Part shown: piece after piece, positions 51,429-61,006 of the stretch
Layout: every line of letters begins with the position of its first letter
Numbering within the stretch: the stretch's first letter is position 1
IMG/VR virus record: IMGVR_UViG_3300010167_000013
Length of the DNA stretch: 64,000 nt
DNA from: a virus
Lineage: Duplodnaviria; Caudoviricetes
Direction: 5' to 3' (one strand)
The notes under the pieces: generated by a model
The model's input: only the letters and a program-made list of their open reading frames with translations
Databases searched by the model: none
Told to the model about the DNA's origin: nothing
Made by a program: the position numbers and the translations under genes

Positions 51429-54305
51429 GTGGAATCGAAATCCAAACAGGTGAATCCTATCCAGGATTTATTCAATGATATTGAGAAGATCATTGACTTC
51501 ATGGAGGTAAAGGATCTCAATGAAGCAACGAAGTATGAGACTCCTGAGATCAGAAATGATTCTGAATTATGGATGGGAGCTATGATGGAGTCAGATACAT
51601 ATTTGACCTATCGCTCGTACTGGAATAACTCCATGTTTCAAGAAGTACTTCCCAATGTCAAGTTCAATAATATTCGTTTGTGGATGGAGAAACCCCATAA
51701 TATTCCGGTAGATTTCAGAGACAACTTGTTGAAGCGAGGACGAAATACCTTCTTAGACTCATACGTTGAACGTAACACCTACTACAGGATGCTCAATGGA
51801 TTACCTTCAATAGAAACTCCAAGCAGTGAATACATATACCTATCAGAGCCACTACGAAACCATCTATCAGCTGATGATATTCCGGTACATGAGTTGTCGT
51901 TGTTAGTTCAGAATAGGTATGTATCCACAGAGGAATATCGAGAAGTTCTGAAGGATAATCCGGATAAACCATATCTGAAGTATTTGGGGATATACAAGAT
52001 AGATCTATTCACTGCCCGTAAGGCAAAAGATTTCGAACTAATAAGATTCCTGCCAATGAGTCGTTCGGATATCAACCCTCATCTTCTGAAAGAGTTCGGG
52101 TCTCTATACAACGAGTACAGGGAATATGTAATGGCTGTACTGTACAATAGACACCTTGAGAATATATATGAGAATTACAGAACATTCATGGGAGTATTGA
52201 TAACATCCTTCGTACTAATGCAGATCTCCAACAAAGCTGCTGAGAGTGCAACTGATCGTAAATTCCTTGATGATGCTGTGCTCCATATCATACTATCGAT
52301 GCATGGGATACCCCGTAGTCTGTTGATGACAAATGAGGTACGTAGAAATCTAGTGATAAATCTTCTCAAGCTTACACGAGAGAAGGCAACCGATGACGTC
52401 TACTACAGCCTTATTCAGATACTCGGGTATCACGATGTGGTCATCAGTAAACTGATGCTGATGAGAGGCCAACAGTTTGACAAAGATTCAGGTCAAGCTA
52501 CATTCGCAGATAGTACCGAATTGAATGATTTCTCAGATGTTGATAAAATAACCTCTATTGATCCTGATACAAATGAACTAGTTCAGAAACTCAACGTCGA
52601 CCCATACTTCGTTGCAGTAGATCTGAAGGACCCAAATCCATACGACACAATAACTAGTGGGAAGGCTCCAATCTATAGCTATGAGTCAGTAACCGACCCA
52701 GATCCAACATGGTGGGATCTTGCAGATACTCAGGACCTATTGAAGAACACTCACTACACAATAGCAGACTCCAAATATATCATGGCGGAAGTTATCATTC
52801 ATCAGATAAACTACCTATTCGAATCCATATATTTCACACGATTGATACTGGACAACAAAGAGTACACGGATACGTTTACAATTACTATTCCAGAAATATT
52901 TGGAACTGATCAAGTATCTATCTATGATTTGATGGTATTCATATTAGCTGCTACCTGTATGAATAATGGGTTGAGTGGAAATATCATCACATCCGATGAA
53001 GGATTATTTGCAACCGCTGGTTTCAACTTCGACATCGACTTGACAATATTCCAAACCTTCTTGAATAATACCAAGTATGTTGATCGGGATAGGATCATGT
53101 TATTCATGGAAAATTTATCCATGAGAACTCCATCAGATATCAACAGATTGTTCAACGAGGTAATGTATCCGATGAGAGAATGGTTACAAACCAAGATATC
53201 CCAATCGGTTGATAGGTATGAGTTCCTGGAATATGAAGCTATCTACAGAGCACTGTTCACGTATGACATAGCAAAGAATAGTTTCTTGGAGGACTTCAAA
53301 CCTCCAATGAAAATAATAGAAGAGAAGCATGGTATCTCTAGTGAAGACATGCAAGTTTACCAGCATTTCTACCCAAGACATTTCTCTGGGGAAGCGATAA
53401 AAACAGATGAGATGTCATCCAATCCATCTTACTTCCCATTCACCAATGTTCCAGTAACTTGGCACATCGATGTTCCGTACAAAGGTACTCTCTACTTTCA
53501 TGACATTCTAAACTCACCAGACATCAGGGATTTGAAATCAGATGACAATTACATATTCATGGATTCAGATGGAGATGAATTAATAGTAGACAGAGATGCC
53601 CTGAGGGATGTTTTGGAAGCTATCAACAGACTGTCGGATGATGAAGTGAGAGAAGCTTGCTTCAGAGTAAATACTCCGATACTGAATTCTAGTGGAGGAA
53701 TGATACCAAAGGAAACTAGGCTTCCTGCAAACATTCGTAGTACTGGAATATTCAAACAGATCCTAATCGATAAGATACTGATGGATATCGATGGATTGGC
53801 TATCCCTCCAGTAACATACTTGGAGTATCTATATCGAAAGAACCCAAAGCTACATGAGCTTCTAACAGTAAATGATAGATTTGAACGAGATAAAGAACTA
53901 TGGATGCAGGATGTAATGACGATAGTGCTGGCGTTGGAAACAGAATTAAATATGCACATGAAATACTTCGAACAATCCATAGTTGGATCAGAAATGTTGT
54001 TCAAGCCACTAATCACATTGATCAAGCACTTCAAGTCTACCTACGTAAACTTTGCCAAAACAGGCCTAAGATATGTATTTGGAGACAAGATCGATGCTGG
54101 TGGGACATCGAATATGCTGAAATTATTTGACTCTATGTCAATGGTTATTCACTTCGTGTTATTCTCCAGAAAAGGTGAACATACAGAGTTCGGGTTGTAC
54201 GACACCGAACACAAAACAAAACACAAGATCGTCATGAAAGACAGGTCGGGACTGTCAATAAATGATGAAGTAAGATTTTTGAAAAATAAAAAAGAGATAA
54301 TTTGA
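51429..54305 (+). CDS. Virion structural (baseplate-like) protein
   Basis: 958 aa; NTYYRMLNGLP motif recalled from phiKZ-type structural proteins. Confidence 0.6.
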   Translation: MESKSKQVNPIQDLFNDIEKIIDFMEVKDLNEATKYETPEIRNDSELWMGAMMESDTYLTYRSYWNNSMFQEVLPNVKFNNIRLWMEKPHNIPVDFRDNLLKRGRNTFLDSYVERNTYYRMLNGLPSIETPSSEYIYLSEPLRNHLSADDIPVHELSLLVQNRYVSTEEYREVLKDNPDKPYLKYLGIYKIDLFTARKAKDFELIRFLPMSRSDINPHLLKEFGSLYNEYREYVMAVLYNRHLENIYENYRTFMGVLITSFVLMQISNKAAESATDRKFLDDAVLHIILSMHGIPRSLLMTNEVRRNLVINLLKLTREKATDDVYYSLIQILGYHDVVISKLMLMRGQQFDKDSGQATFADSTELNDFSDVDKITSIDPDTNELVQKLNVDPYFVAVDLKDPNPYDTITSGKAPIYSYESVTDPDPTWWDLADTQDLLKNTHYTIADSKYIMAEVIIHQINYLFESIYFTRLILDNKEYTDTFTITIPEIFGTDQVSIYDLMVFILAATCMNNGLSGNIITSDEGLFATAGFNFDIDLTIFQTFLNNTKYVDRDRIMLFMENLSMRTPSDINRLFNEVMYPMREWLQTKISQSVDRYEFLEYEAIYRALFTYDIAKNSFLEDFKPPMKIIEEKHGISSEDMQVYQHFYPRHFSGEAIKTDEMSSNPSYFPFTNVPVTWHIDVPYKGTLYFHDILNSPDIRDLKSDDNYIFMDSDGDELIVDRDALRDVLEAINRLSDDEVREACFRVNTPILNSSGGMIPKETRLPANIRSTGIFKQILIDKILMDIDGLAIPPVTYLEYLYRKNPKLHELLTVNDRFERDKELWMQDVMTIVLALETELNMHMKYFEQSIVGSEMLFKPLITLIKHFKSTYVNFAKTGLRYVFGDKIDAGGTSNMLKLFDSMSMVIHFVLFSRKGEHTEFGLYDTEHKTKHKIVMKDRSGLSINDEVRFLKNKKEII

Positions 54306-54306
54306 A

Positions 54307-54346
54307 AAATAAATATCAGGGGAAGTACTTCCCCTGATATTTATTT
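54307..54346. terminator. 40-bp perfect palindrome, bidirectional terminator
   Basis: AAATAAATATCAGGGGAAGT|ACTTCCCCTGATATTTATTT. Confidence 0.75.
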
Positions 54347-54348
54347 CA

Positions 54349-54678
54349 TCATGCACTAGTATCAATAGTAATCGTGAAGGAAACATTGCCACCTGTGAAT
54401 GGGAGTATATCCTCAACTGATTCAAAATCAACTATCTCATATGCCACACCATCTTTGCAGAGCACTATTACATATGTGAGTAACCCAGTGCCTACGTCAT
54501 CACTGTACAACTCAAATGTGTACTTCAGATTATCTTCCCCATCATTCTCTGGAAGTGATATTGTACACCTGTATTTATTTTGATCCTCTTCTACTACAGG
54601 ATAGAATTCATCCAAATCATGTGAGAACACTTGAAGGTTATCCAATGAATTGATAACTATGTTGGCCAAGGGAATCAA
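54349..54678 (-). CDS. Hypothetical acidic protein
   Basis: 109 aa, overlaps upstream stop. Confidence 0.65.
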   Translation of the reverse strand: MIPLANIVINSLDNLQVFSHDLDEFYPVVEEDQNKYRCTISLPENDGEDNLKYTFELYSDDVGTGLLTYVIVLCKDGVAYEIVDFESVEDILPFTGGNVSFTITIDTSA

Positions 54679-55199
54679 CCCTCCTTGATACTCAGTGACC
54701 TATTGACAACCTGTTTTGTCATTTCCAGAATCATTTCCCTACCTAGTTCTTTTATCCTCTCACTGTCATCTTTTCTGATTATATCCATGAGTTGGTAGAT
54801 ACGATAGTCACAGAATATTTTCTCCGGATCAACCTTGATGCCATTGTCATTTGCTGCAAGTTCAAGATTGGTTTGTCGTATCTTGTTTCTGAACTTGCTA
54901 CAGGTCCGTTTGAGAGCTAGAGGGGTAGTATGATATTTTATCGCTAGATCATTTACGTTAGCTCCATCATCCAATTCAGTTAGGATCAGTGCCCAGTCTC
55001 TTTTTACTGGGGGATCTTCAGATTTCTTTTCTCTGCGTGATGGCACAACTGGCTCTATCTCTGTGCCTTCGTATCCCTTCACTATTTCTCTTATTTCACT
55101 TTCCTTGCAGCAGTTTAGTTCTGCAAGCACCTTGATTTGTTTTTCTTTGTTTGTTGCCAGGCTGTACTTGTACCTTATTTCCTTTTCCGTATATTGCAA
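54675..55199 (-). CDS. Hypothetical protein, possible HTH
   Basis: IKVLAELNCC...EIREI; VNDLAIKYHTT. Confidence 0.65.
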   Translation of the reverse strand: MQYTEKEIRYKYSLATNKEKQIKVLAELNCCKESEIREIVKGYEGTEIEPVVPSRREKKSEDPPVKRDWALILTELDDGANVNDLAIKYHTTPLALKRTCSKFRNKIRQTNLELAANDNGIKVDPEKIFCDYRIYQLMDIIRKDDSERIKELGREMILEMTKQVVNRSLSIKEG

Positions 55200-55257
55200 T
55201 AGAATCCCACCTTGCCGTATATGTTTTAATTTATATTCAGGTCGGTAGTGTTCTACA

Positions 55258-55485
55258 TCAAGTACCCCATACTCTCTTGAAATTTACTCTCAGTTCCTCA
55301 TATTCGGTATGAGGAAGAGGTAGAGACGGATCTACTCCTTCTTTTCCACAGATTGCGCATATCCATGGGAATTTCTTGTCTCGATGGTAATTAGAGTATA
55401 CCTTGTGATGATCAATGCACTTCGTTGAATCATTCATCCTAATTGGAACATTGTCGTACATAGACAACTGTGTATACTCTTCCAT
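55258..55485 (-). CDS. Small Cys/His protein
   Basis: C.DH...WICAICGKEG. Confidence 0.65.
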   Translation of the reverse strand: MEEYTQLSMYDNVPIRMNDSTKCIDHHKVYSNYHRDKKFPWICAICGKEGVDPSLPLPHTEYEELRVNFKRVWGT

Positions 55486-55495
55486 ATCAATGCTC

Positions 55496-55660
55496 CTATT
55501 CTGTGAAGTACTCTAGTTTTTCTGTCAGTGGAATTGGATTTCCTTTTTCATCAAGTACTAGATTTCCATTTGAATCTCTCTTATACACGATGGTGGTACT
55601 ACTCAGTCCCTCTCTGAACTTCAGATCATTACCATCATTTGCTCTTACTGTTTTTTCCAT
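55496..55660 (-). CDS. Small protein, 54 aa (not in ORF track)
   Basis: MEKTVRANDGNDLKFREGLSSTTIVYKRDSNGNLVLDEKGNPIPLTEKLEYFTE; AAGGAG RBS; fills operon gap. Confidence 0.6.
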   Translation of the reverse strand: MEKTVRANDGNDLKFREGLSSTTIVYKRDSNGNLVLDEKGNPIPLTEKLEYFTE

Positions 55661-55823
55661 CTGCGAACAGCTCCTTTCTATCGATTACTTTGTTCCCATC
55701 AACTTTAACAAGATGTGAGTATTTTCCAACCTTGATGGTTCCATTTTTTATCGAGAGGATTATCCCATCCAGATCATCACCTCTGTATTTCTCAAACCTA
55801 CTGATGCATTTCATTTCGATCAA
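55635..55823 (-). CDS. Small hypothetical protein
   Basis: 62 aa, early motif 55835-55847. Confidence 0.55.
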   Translation of the reverse strand: MIEMKCISRFEKYRGDDLDGIILSIKNGTIKVGKYSHLVKVDGNKVIDRKELFADGKNSKSK

Positions 55824-55897
55824 CCTCCTGCTGTAGAATATATAATTCAGTGAACCCGATAGATAATATCATATACAATGAAGGGTGGTAACCATAG

Positions 55898-57022
55898 ATG
55901 GAACTAACATTGGACTTGGGTGCTATTGATGATGTTGTACTGGAGTCAACACTCGAGGGTGTCGAATACCTTGAATTCTGTGATACCCTGAACTACCTCT
56001 CCAGTTTTTTAGACCAAAGATTATACTTGGAAGCCAGGGTAGATGATGCGAAAACGTTTGGGGATAAAATGGGGGATGCTTTCAGGAATACAGCCAATAC
56101 AACAAAGGATGTAGGGGTTGCGTACGACAAGGTCACAGATGGTGGTGGAGTGTTAGCAAAATCTGTCTGGGATCTGATGATGACAGCAATAAAGTTTTCA
56201 GTCAAGGTTCTTTCATTTGTGCTCAAGAATATTGCCAAGATCCCGAGATTCGCGAATAATACATTCAAGAAGATCGGACGGATACCGAAGAACATACGTG
56301 ACCTGATCAAGGGTAACATCAAATTATACATAGCTGCTCAAGACCTTCAATACTTCTACAATACAATATTCCCAAATGTGAGAAACTTCCTCAGCTTAGC
56401 CAAGGGGATGTCAGAAGGAGAAGTATGGGGAACTTTCTGGAAAGGCGATGCATCCGACACCAAGAACCCAAAACAGGGAGCATTCAAAAGTGGAAGAGAT
56501 GATATGGCTATCTACAAATCCATGAAAGAAATTTCAGATAAATTGAGGAAAGTTAGATTTGAGTTGTCTACTATTGAAATGGGCGACCAAGGAGCTCTTG
56601 ACACATACTTTGGTGACAGCAAGTCGATATCGTTCAAAGATATCTCAGGACGAACTCATCAGTCATCGTACCGAGAAGCATTAGCGGCACTATCAACCGA
56701 ACTCACTGGAAATGGTTCTGATTCTCTTCAGACTCAATTGGAAGATATTCAGAAAATGCTGAGTGAGAAACTCAACGTTACCCAAGGAAACCAAGAATTT
56801 GCTAACTTGAAGTCACGTGAGCAACAGAATGTCAAGAACAGCATACTGATGGTATCAGAAGTAGTTCGTATCGTAGGAGATTTTGTCAGATACATATTCG
56901 CCGACATTAGTGCATTGGACAAGGCTGCAACCACAGTTCTCATGAAACGTGGGGTTAATCCCCCAGTTCAAATAAACCCGCCCTCTTCGAAGAAACCAAA
57001 GAAAAAGGAAGAGAAGGCCTAG
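55898..57022 (+). CDS. Putative internal head protein with acidic propeptide
   Basis: Acidic N-terminus with repeated xLE sites (VLE, TLE, YLE, YLE), then a helical basic body. Confidence 0.5.
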   Translation: MELTLDLGAIDDVVLESTLEGVEYLEFCDTLNYLSSFLDQRLYLEARVDDAKTFGDKMGDAFRNTANTTKDVGVAYDKVTDGGGVLAKSVWDLMMTAIKFSVKVLSFVLKNIAKIPRFANNTFKKIGRIPKNIRDLIKGNIKLYIAAQDLQYFYNTIFPNVRNFLSLAKGMSEGEVWGTFWKGDASDTKNPKQGAFKSGRDDMAIYKSMKEISDKLRKVRFELSTIEMGDQGALDTYFGDSKSISFKDISGRTHQSSYREALAALSTELTGNGSDSLQTQLEDIQKMLSEKLNVTQGNQEFANLKSREQQNVKNSILMVSEVVRIVGDFVRYIFADISALDKAATTVLMKRGVNPPVQINPPSSKKPKKKEEKA

Positions 57023-57705
57023 GCCTTCTCTTTTTTTACATTTGGAATTTGCCAGCATATTCCTGTGTAACCCTTCTCCTGTAGGAAGTCATTGGCTCGT
57101 GAGAAATGCTTGCATCCAAAGAATCTATCTCCGGCTAATGGACTAGGATGTGCTGCAGTCAATATCAAATGACTGTGAGTATTGACAGTATACATCTTCT
57201 GTTGTGCATCCCTTCCCCAGAGCATGAACACAGCAGGGTTTCCTATTCTGTCAATTATCTCTATGATCTTATCTGTGAATACTTCCCAGCCTTTACCACG
57301 ATGAGATTTGCTTATTCCCTCTCTCACAGTCAGTATTGTATTTAGTAGCAAGACTCCCTGTCTAGCCCATGGTATTAAACATCCATTGTCCGGGATGAAG
57401 CAACCTATGTCTTCACGTAACTCTTTGAATATATTCAAGAGTGATGGAGGTATTCTGATTCCTGGTTGGACTGAGAATGCTAGTCCATGAGCTTCACCAT
57501 GATTGATATATGGGTCTTGCCCAATTATTACCACCTTGATATCTCTACATGCAGTGTACCTCAGTGAATTGAATATATCGATCATAGGTGGATAGCATGA
57601 TACAGATGAGTACTCATGCTTCAGAAAAGCTACAAGCTGTTGGTAGTAATCTTTCTGAAATTCATCCTTCAGTAATTCATCCCAGTCGTTCCCTATGGTT
57701 ATCAT
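57019..57705 (-). CDS. ung: Uracil-DNA glycosylase, family 1
   Basis: GQDPY, HGLAFS, PPSLLNI, GVLLLN, LWG, HPSPL. Confidence 0.97.
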   Translation of the reverse strand: MITIGNDWDELLKDEFQKDYYQQLVAFLKHEYSSVSCYPPMIDIFNSLRYTACRDIKVVIIGQDPYINHGEAHGLAFSVQPGIRIPPSLLNIFKELREDIGCFIPDNGCLIPWARQGVLLLNTILTVREGISKSHRGKGWEVFTDKIIEIIDRIGNPAVFMLWGRDAQQKMYTVNTHSHLILTAAHPSPLAGDRFFGCKHFSRANDFLQEKGYTGICWQIPNVKKEKA

Positions 57706-57842
57706 ATTTTTTTAGTAACAAGTTTCCCACACTCACTACATTGAGACACAACAACCTTTGTCATACCACCATCCATCTTGTACGAATGGGCCAAACCAAA
57801 CCGATGCCTACAGAATAACTGTTTGAAGAACCTAGAGATCAT
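57702..57842 (-). CDS. Small CxH...CxxCG zinc-finger protein (DUF1660-like), 46 aa
   Basis: MISRFFKQLFCRHRF...QCSECGKLVTKKI; ATGA overlap with ung. Confidence 0.65.
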   Translation of the reverse strand: MISRFFKQLFCRHRFGLAHSYKMDGGMTKVVVSQCSECGKLVTKKI

Positions 57843-57996
57843 ACCATCTTCCCCTCCTGACTTTTCCACATTTAGAACATTTTCTAGAAGACTTTGAACC
57901 GGATATGAATATCATACTAGAAGATGCACCATATTGTTGAAGCTGTATCGCGTAATCATGCTGACACAGTAAACGTTTCACAAATAGTTTCATCAT
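57832..57996 (-). CDS. Small CxH...CxxCG zinc-finger protein (DUF1660-like), 54 aa
   Basis: MMKLFVKRLLCQHDY...KCSKCGKVR; AGGAGTG RBS. Confidence 0.65.
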   Translation of the reverse strand: MMKLFVKRLLCQHDYAIQLQQYGASSSMIFISGSKSSRKCSKCGKVRRGRWYDL

Positions 57997-58038
57997 ATCC
58001 AATTCACTCCTTTATAAATTTTTATACCACACACTGAG

Positions 58039-59229
58039 GTGATTATATTGAATCTCACAACAGATCAGTACTACTCATTGTCCAAGTTAGATCGTTGGTA
58101 CAACAAGTACACTCAGCAGTTCATAGATATCTCTGGAGTTATTGGTACAGGTACCTGGGAATTAGTTCAACTGTTCATTGAAAATACTAATTTAGACGCC
58201 AGAGAAGTAATGTATCTTTCACCGAATCAGAAGCAAGTTCTTGAGCTGGCATTTCGAAAATATCACTCGTATTACATATACCCTATAATATATAATTACA
58301 TTCGGATAGTAGATTTTGAATCTCTTCCAGTAGTAAATGGGTACAGCAAGGAAGTCAAATATGAATGGAAAAAGGAAGTCAGAAAAAGAATCGATGTGAA
58401 ATACAAGTTGATCGTAGTACTGGACTCATCTCTGTTGAACTTCCAGACTATCCAGGATCTATCCACATTTGGTATTCCTATCATACTTCTGAAAGATCCG
58501 ATGCTGCTTCCAGCATCGGATACGTACACATTCTTGAGAGATGCTAATATCAAACTCTATGAACTCAACCCAGAGTATCTAAAAGATCCCATCGCATATT
58601 TTGCCCACAAGATATTGAACAGGGAAAGATTAGATTACGGTAACTATGATAATGTATCAATTGTTCCAAGAAAGCAGATCAATCTATTCAACCTCAGATC
58701 ATCTGATATGAATATCGCCATATCGGATACTCTCAGAGATAGTATCAACCGAATATACCGGGAGAGGATACTGAAGAGGAAGGATATGACTACTGTACCA
58801 AATGAGAGAGTAGTGGCAATGAATACAATGTACAGCAGGAAGATTACTAATCAAGACAACAAAAAAGTGAAAGTGTATTTATCCAAGGGAACTGTTGGTA
58901 CATTGCCAAAGGTGAACAAACATGCAGTTGGAACAAAGTACGTCAATGTTGACTTTCAGCCTGAATTCTATCATGAGTCATTCACTGGTCTCATTATCAA
59001 TAGACACTACCTTAACAAGGTAGAGCTCCCATCTCAGCAAATGATACCAGATGAAATTGCCAACTTTGAATATGCATATGCACTTACTGTACAGATGAGC
59101 AGATTATCTCACTGGGATAAAGTAACACTCATAGTAGATAACAATCAGGAGAATGATCCTGATTTACAGCAGATGCTATTATACACAGCAATTACTAGAG
59201 CTGTCAAGTCGTTGACAATTGTGATCTAG
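58039..59229 (+). CDS. Dda/RecD-like SF1B helicase, catalytically degenerate
   Basis: LTTDQ, GVIGTGTW (no Lys), VLDSS (no DE), KDPMLLP, YAYALTV, LYTAITRA. Confidence 0.75.
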   Translation: MIILNLTTDQYYSLSKLDRWYNKYTQQFIDISGVIGTGTWELVQLFIENTNLDAREVMYLSPNQKQVLELAFRKYHSYYIYPIIYNYIRIVDFESLPVVNGYSKEVKYEWKKEVRKRIDVKYKLIVVLDSSLLNFQTIQDLSTFGIPIILLKDPMLLPASDTYTFLRDANIKLYELNPEYLKDPIAYFAHKILNRERLDYGNYDNVSIVPRKQINLFNLRSSDMNIAISDTLRDSINRIYRERILKRKDMTTVPNERVVAMNTMYSRKITNQDNKKVKVYLSKGTVGTLPKVNKHAVGTKYVNVDFQPEFYHESFTGLIINRHYLNKVELPSQQMIPDEIANFEYAYALTVQMSRLSHWDKVTLIVDNNQENDPDLQQMLLYTAITRAVKSLTIVI

Positions 59230-59233
59230 AGTA

Positions 59234-59297
59234 TATCCTCCAATCTGAATTATATATTCTAATCTAGATAAAGAAAAGGAGTTGTTGTTCAAATGGA
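59234..59297 (+). repeat. 64-bp promoter+RBS cassette, copy 2
   Basis: Matches 2345-2408 reverse complement. Confidence 0.85.
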
Positions 59298-59619
59298 TGA
59301 TATTGGAAAAGAGTTTGAGTTAAACATTGTCAATGATATCATTACAGAGATGGGTGAGGTGGGTAAGACACCGGATAAAATTACATTGAGGATGAGAATG
59401 GAACCAGTCCATCAGAACTTTCCTCATATTCATGCCTGGAAGGCTGGAAGGAAAGCAGTATTTCTTGCCGATGGCTCGCTTGTAGTTAATAGTTCGAAAT
59501 CTCCATTGACAAGTGACGAAGTAAAAAGTGTCTATCGCTGGATCTCTTCTCATAAAGACGGTCTTGATGAAAACTGGCAGATACTGAAAGCCGGAGGAAA
59601 GGTGAAAATACTTCCATAG
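59293..59619 (+). CDS. DUF4160-like (DhiT toxin-like) protein with N-terminal leader
   Basis: E..H...PHIHA...A.F..DG...V..WI..H...L.ENW. Confidence 0.7.
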   Translation: MDDIGKEFELNIVNDIITEMGEVGKTPDKITLRMRMEPVHQNFPHIHAWKAGRKAVFLADGSLVVNSSKSPLTSDEVKSVYRWISSHKDGLDENWQILKAGGKVKILP

Positions 59620-59630
59620 GAGGATATAAT

Positions 59631-59924
59631 ATGCATATCAGTAGAGGAGTGTTGATGACAGATGACAATGATTTGGCGGGTATTGTGGATGTCATCCCAT
59701 TAGAGAATTACAGAATACTAGTAGAGTTTTACACCGGAGAAAAAGTAATATTTGATATGACTCCGTACATCGATGAACCATACTTCAGAGGCCTTAGAAA
59801 TAAGGAAGTATTTGATGCGGTTCGTCATGACTATGAAGCCCCATTGTGGCAAAATGAGGAACTAGGTCTAGACGCAGAAATGGGATTGTGCACTATATTT
59901 GAGAATGGGATTAGTGTTCAATAG
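59631..59924 (+). CDS. DUF2442-like antitoxin, copy 2
   Basis: Near-identical core to 29723-30019. Confidence 0.75.
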   Translation: MHISRGVLMTDDNDLAGIVDVIPLENYRILVEFYTGEKVIFDMTPYIDEPYFRGLRNKEVFDAVRHDYEAPLWQNEELGLDAEMGLCTIFENGISVQ

Positions 59925-59933
59925 GAGGAAGTT

Positions 59934-60722
59934 ATGGACTATCTAAAAGAAACAGTCAGAGTTGATATCGGTGATCCACCTGGAGTAGCTGTTGGTACTG
60001 TCAAAGAGTATGTTGGGTTGAGTGAAAAGGAGACAGCTAAGTTGCTGTACGTCAGACTGAATAAGGATAGAACTAACTTAAACTACCTGAATATCCATGA
60101 GTGCACTGAGTACGCTAAGGAGATAAGGGAAGGACAGCTGAAAGAGTACCTACCAAGGAACAAAATGTTCATTACAGAAGCTGCTCTCACATATTTATCG
60201 GAAGTAACGTTCTCAAGCATAAAAGACAGATTCAATAATATGTCGTCTATCGTGAGAGCAAAGTATCATCTCACCAAAAAACAATTGATAGACATCCAGG
60301 GATTGCAAGAACAACAAGGAGACGAATCGAAAAAGTTGGGTATACCATTGAATAGTATACCGATTAAACTACCAGAGGATATTGAAATTAGCGGACACGC
60401 AATGAACATGATTAACTCCAGAGAAATGAAGCAAAAATTGGCTAGAAGAATGGGTCGTGATAACCCTGATGAAATCAAACCAGTTGAGCTTGCGCAGTAT
60501 ATTATAGACACTTCAATGTTCATGTTCAATCAAAAAAGCAAGCTTAGCAACAAAATTGATGGAAAAACACGTCTATATGTATCATCGGATGGAGCAACTG
60601 CTATATCGGTCTCTGAGAATACAGAAGGTACTATTGTAACAATATTCCATGTAAGTGAGTTCGACAAATATCACCTTGGGGTGATAGTTAGGAGGGTAGA
60701 AACATGGTTGGGGATAAAATAG
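59934..60722 (+). CDS. Putative toxin (C-terminal RNase-like domain)
   Basis: ISGHAMNMINSR...YV...GTIVTIF pattern; overlapped by a small immunity-like gene. Confidence 0.4.
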   Translation: MDYLKETVRVDIGDPPGVAVGTVKEYVGLSEKETAKLLYVRLNKDRTNLNYLNIHECTEYAKEIREGQLKEYLPRNKMFITEAALTYLSEVTFSSIKDRFNNMSSIVRAKYHLTKKQLIDIQGLQEQQGDESKKLGIPLNSIPIKLPEDIEISGHAMNMINSREMKQKLARRMGRDNPDEIKPVELAQYIIDTSMFMFNQKSKLSNKIDGKTRLYVSSDGATAISVSENTEGTIVTIFHVSEFDKYHLGVIVRRVETWLGIK

Positions 60723-61006
60723 AATACGAAATATCGCAGTTAGACGAAGAAGAAAGGAACATGTATTTTAGCATACGCGCTATTATAAGTGGTTGGGACC
60801 CTCTATATTTGCTCATCAATGGAGCTCCTAATGATGAGTATCATTGCGAGGCCAGCAGAATTCTCGAAATAATAAAAACCGATAACAAGGCTTCTAAACT
60901 TGAAAAATACTTTGATGAGTTCTTTGATAGCAACCTGAAGAAAAATAAACGAGCTTTTATGAAAGAAAGTCGTTTGGTGTCAAGAATACTTCTTGAGGTA
61001 TGCTAA
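60704..61006 (+). CDS. DUF1871/YugE-like protein, putative immunity protein
   Basis: WDPL....AP.DEY..EA..I motif. Confidence 0.7.
   Translation: MVGDKIEYEISQLDEEERNMYFSIRAIISGWDPLYLLINGAPNDEYHCEASRILEIIKTDNKASKLEKYFDEFFDSNLKKNKRAFMKESRLVSRILLEVC

Noticed and set aside
55496-55823. Programmed frameshift at GGAAAAAAC joining two small ORFs
   Set aside because: The downstream ORF has its own AAGGAG RBS and ATG.
29862-59788. DGR template/variable repeat pair
   Set aside because: No reverse transcriptase in the window; differences are mostly synonymous and not adenine-specific.
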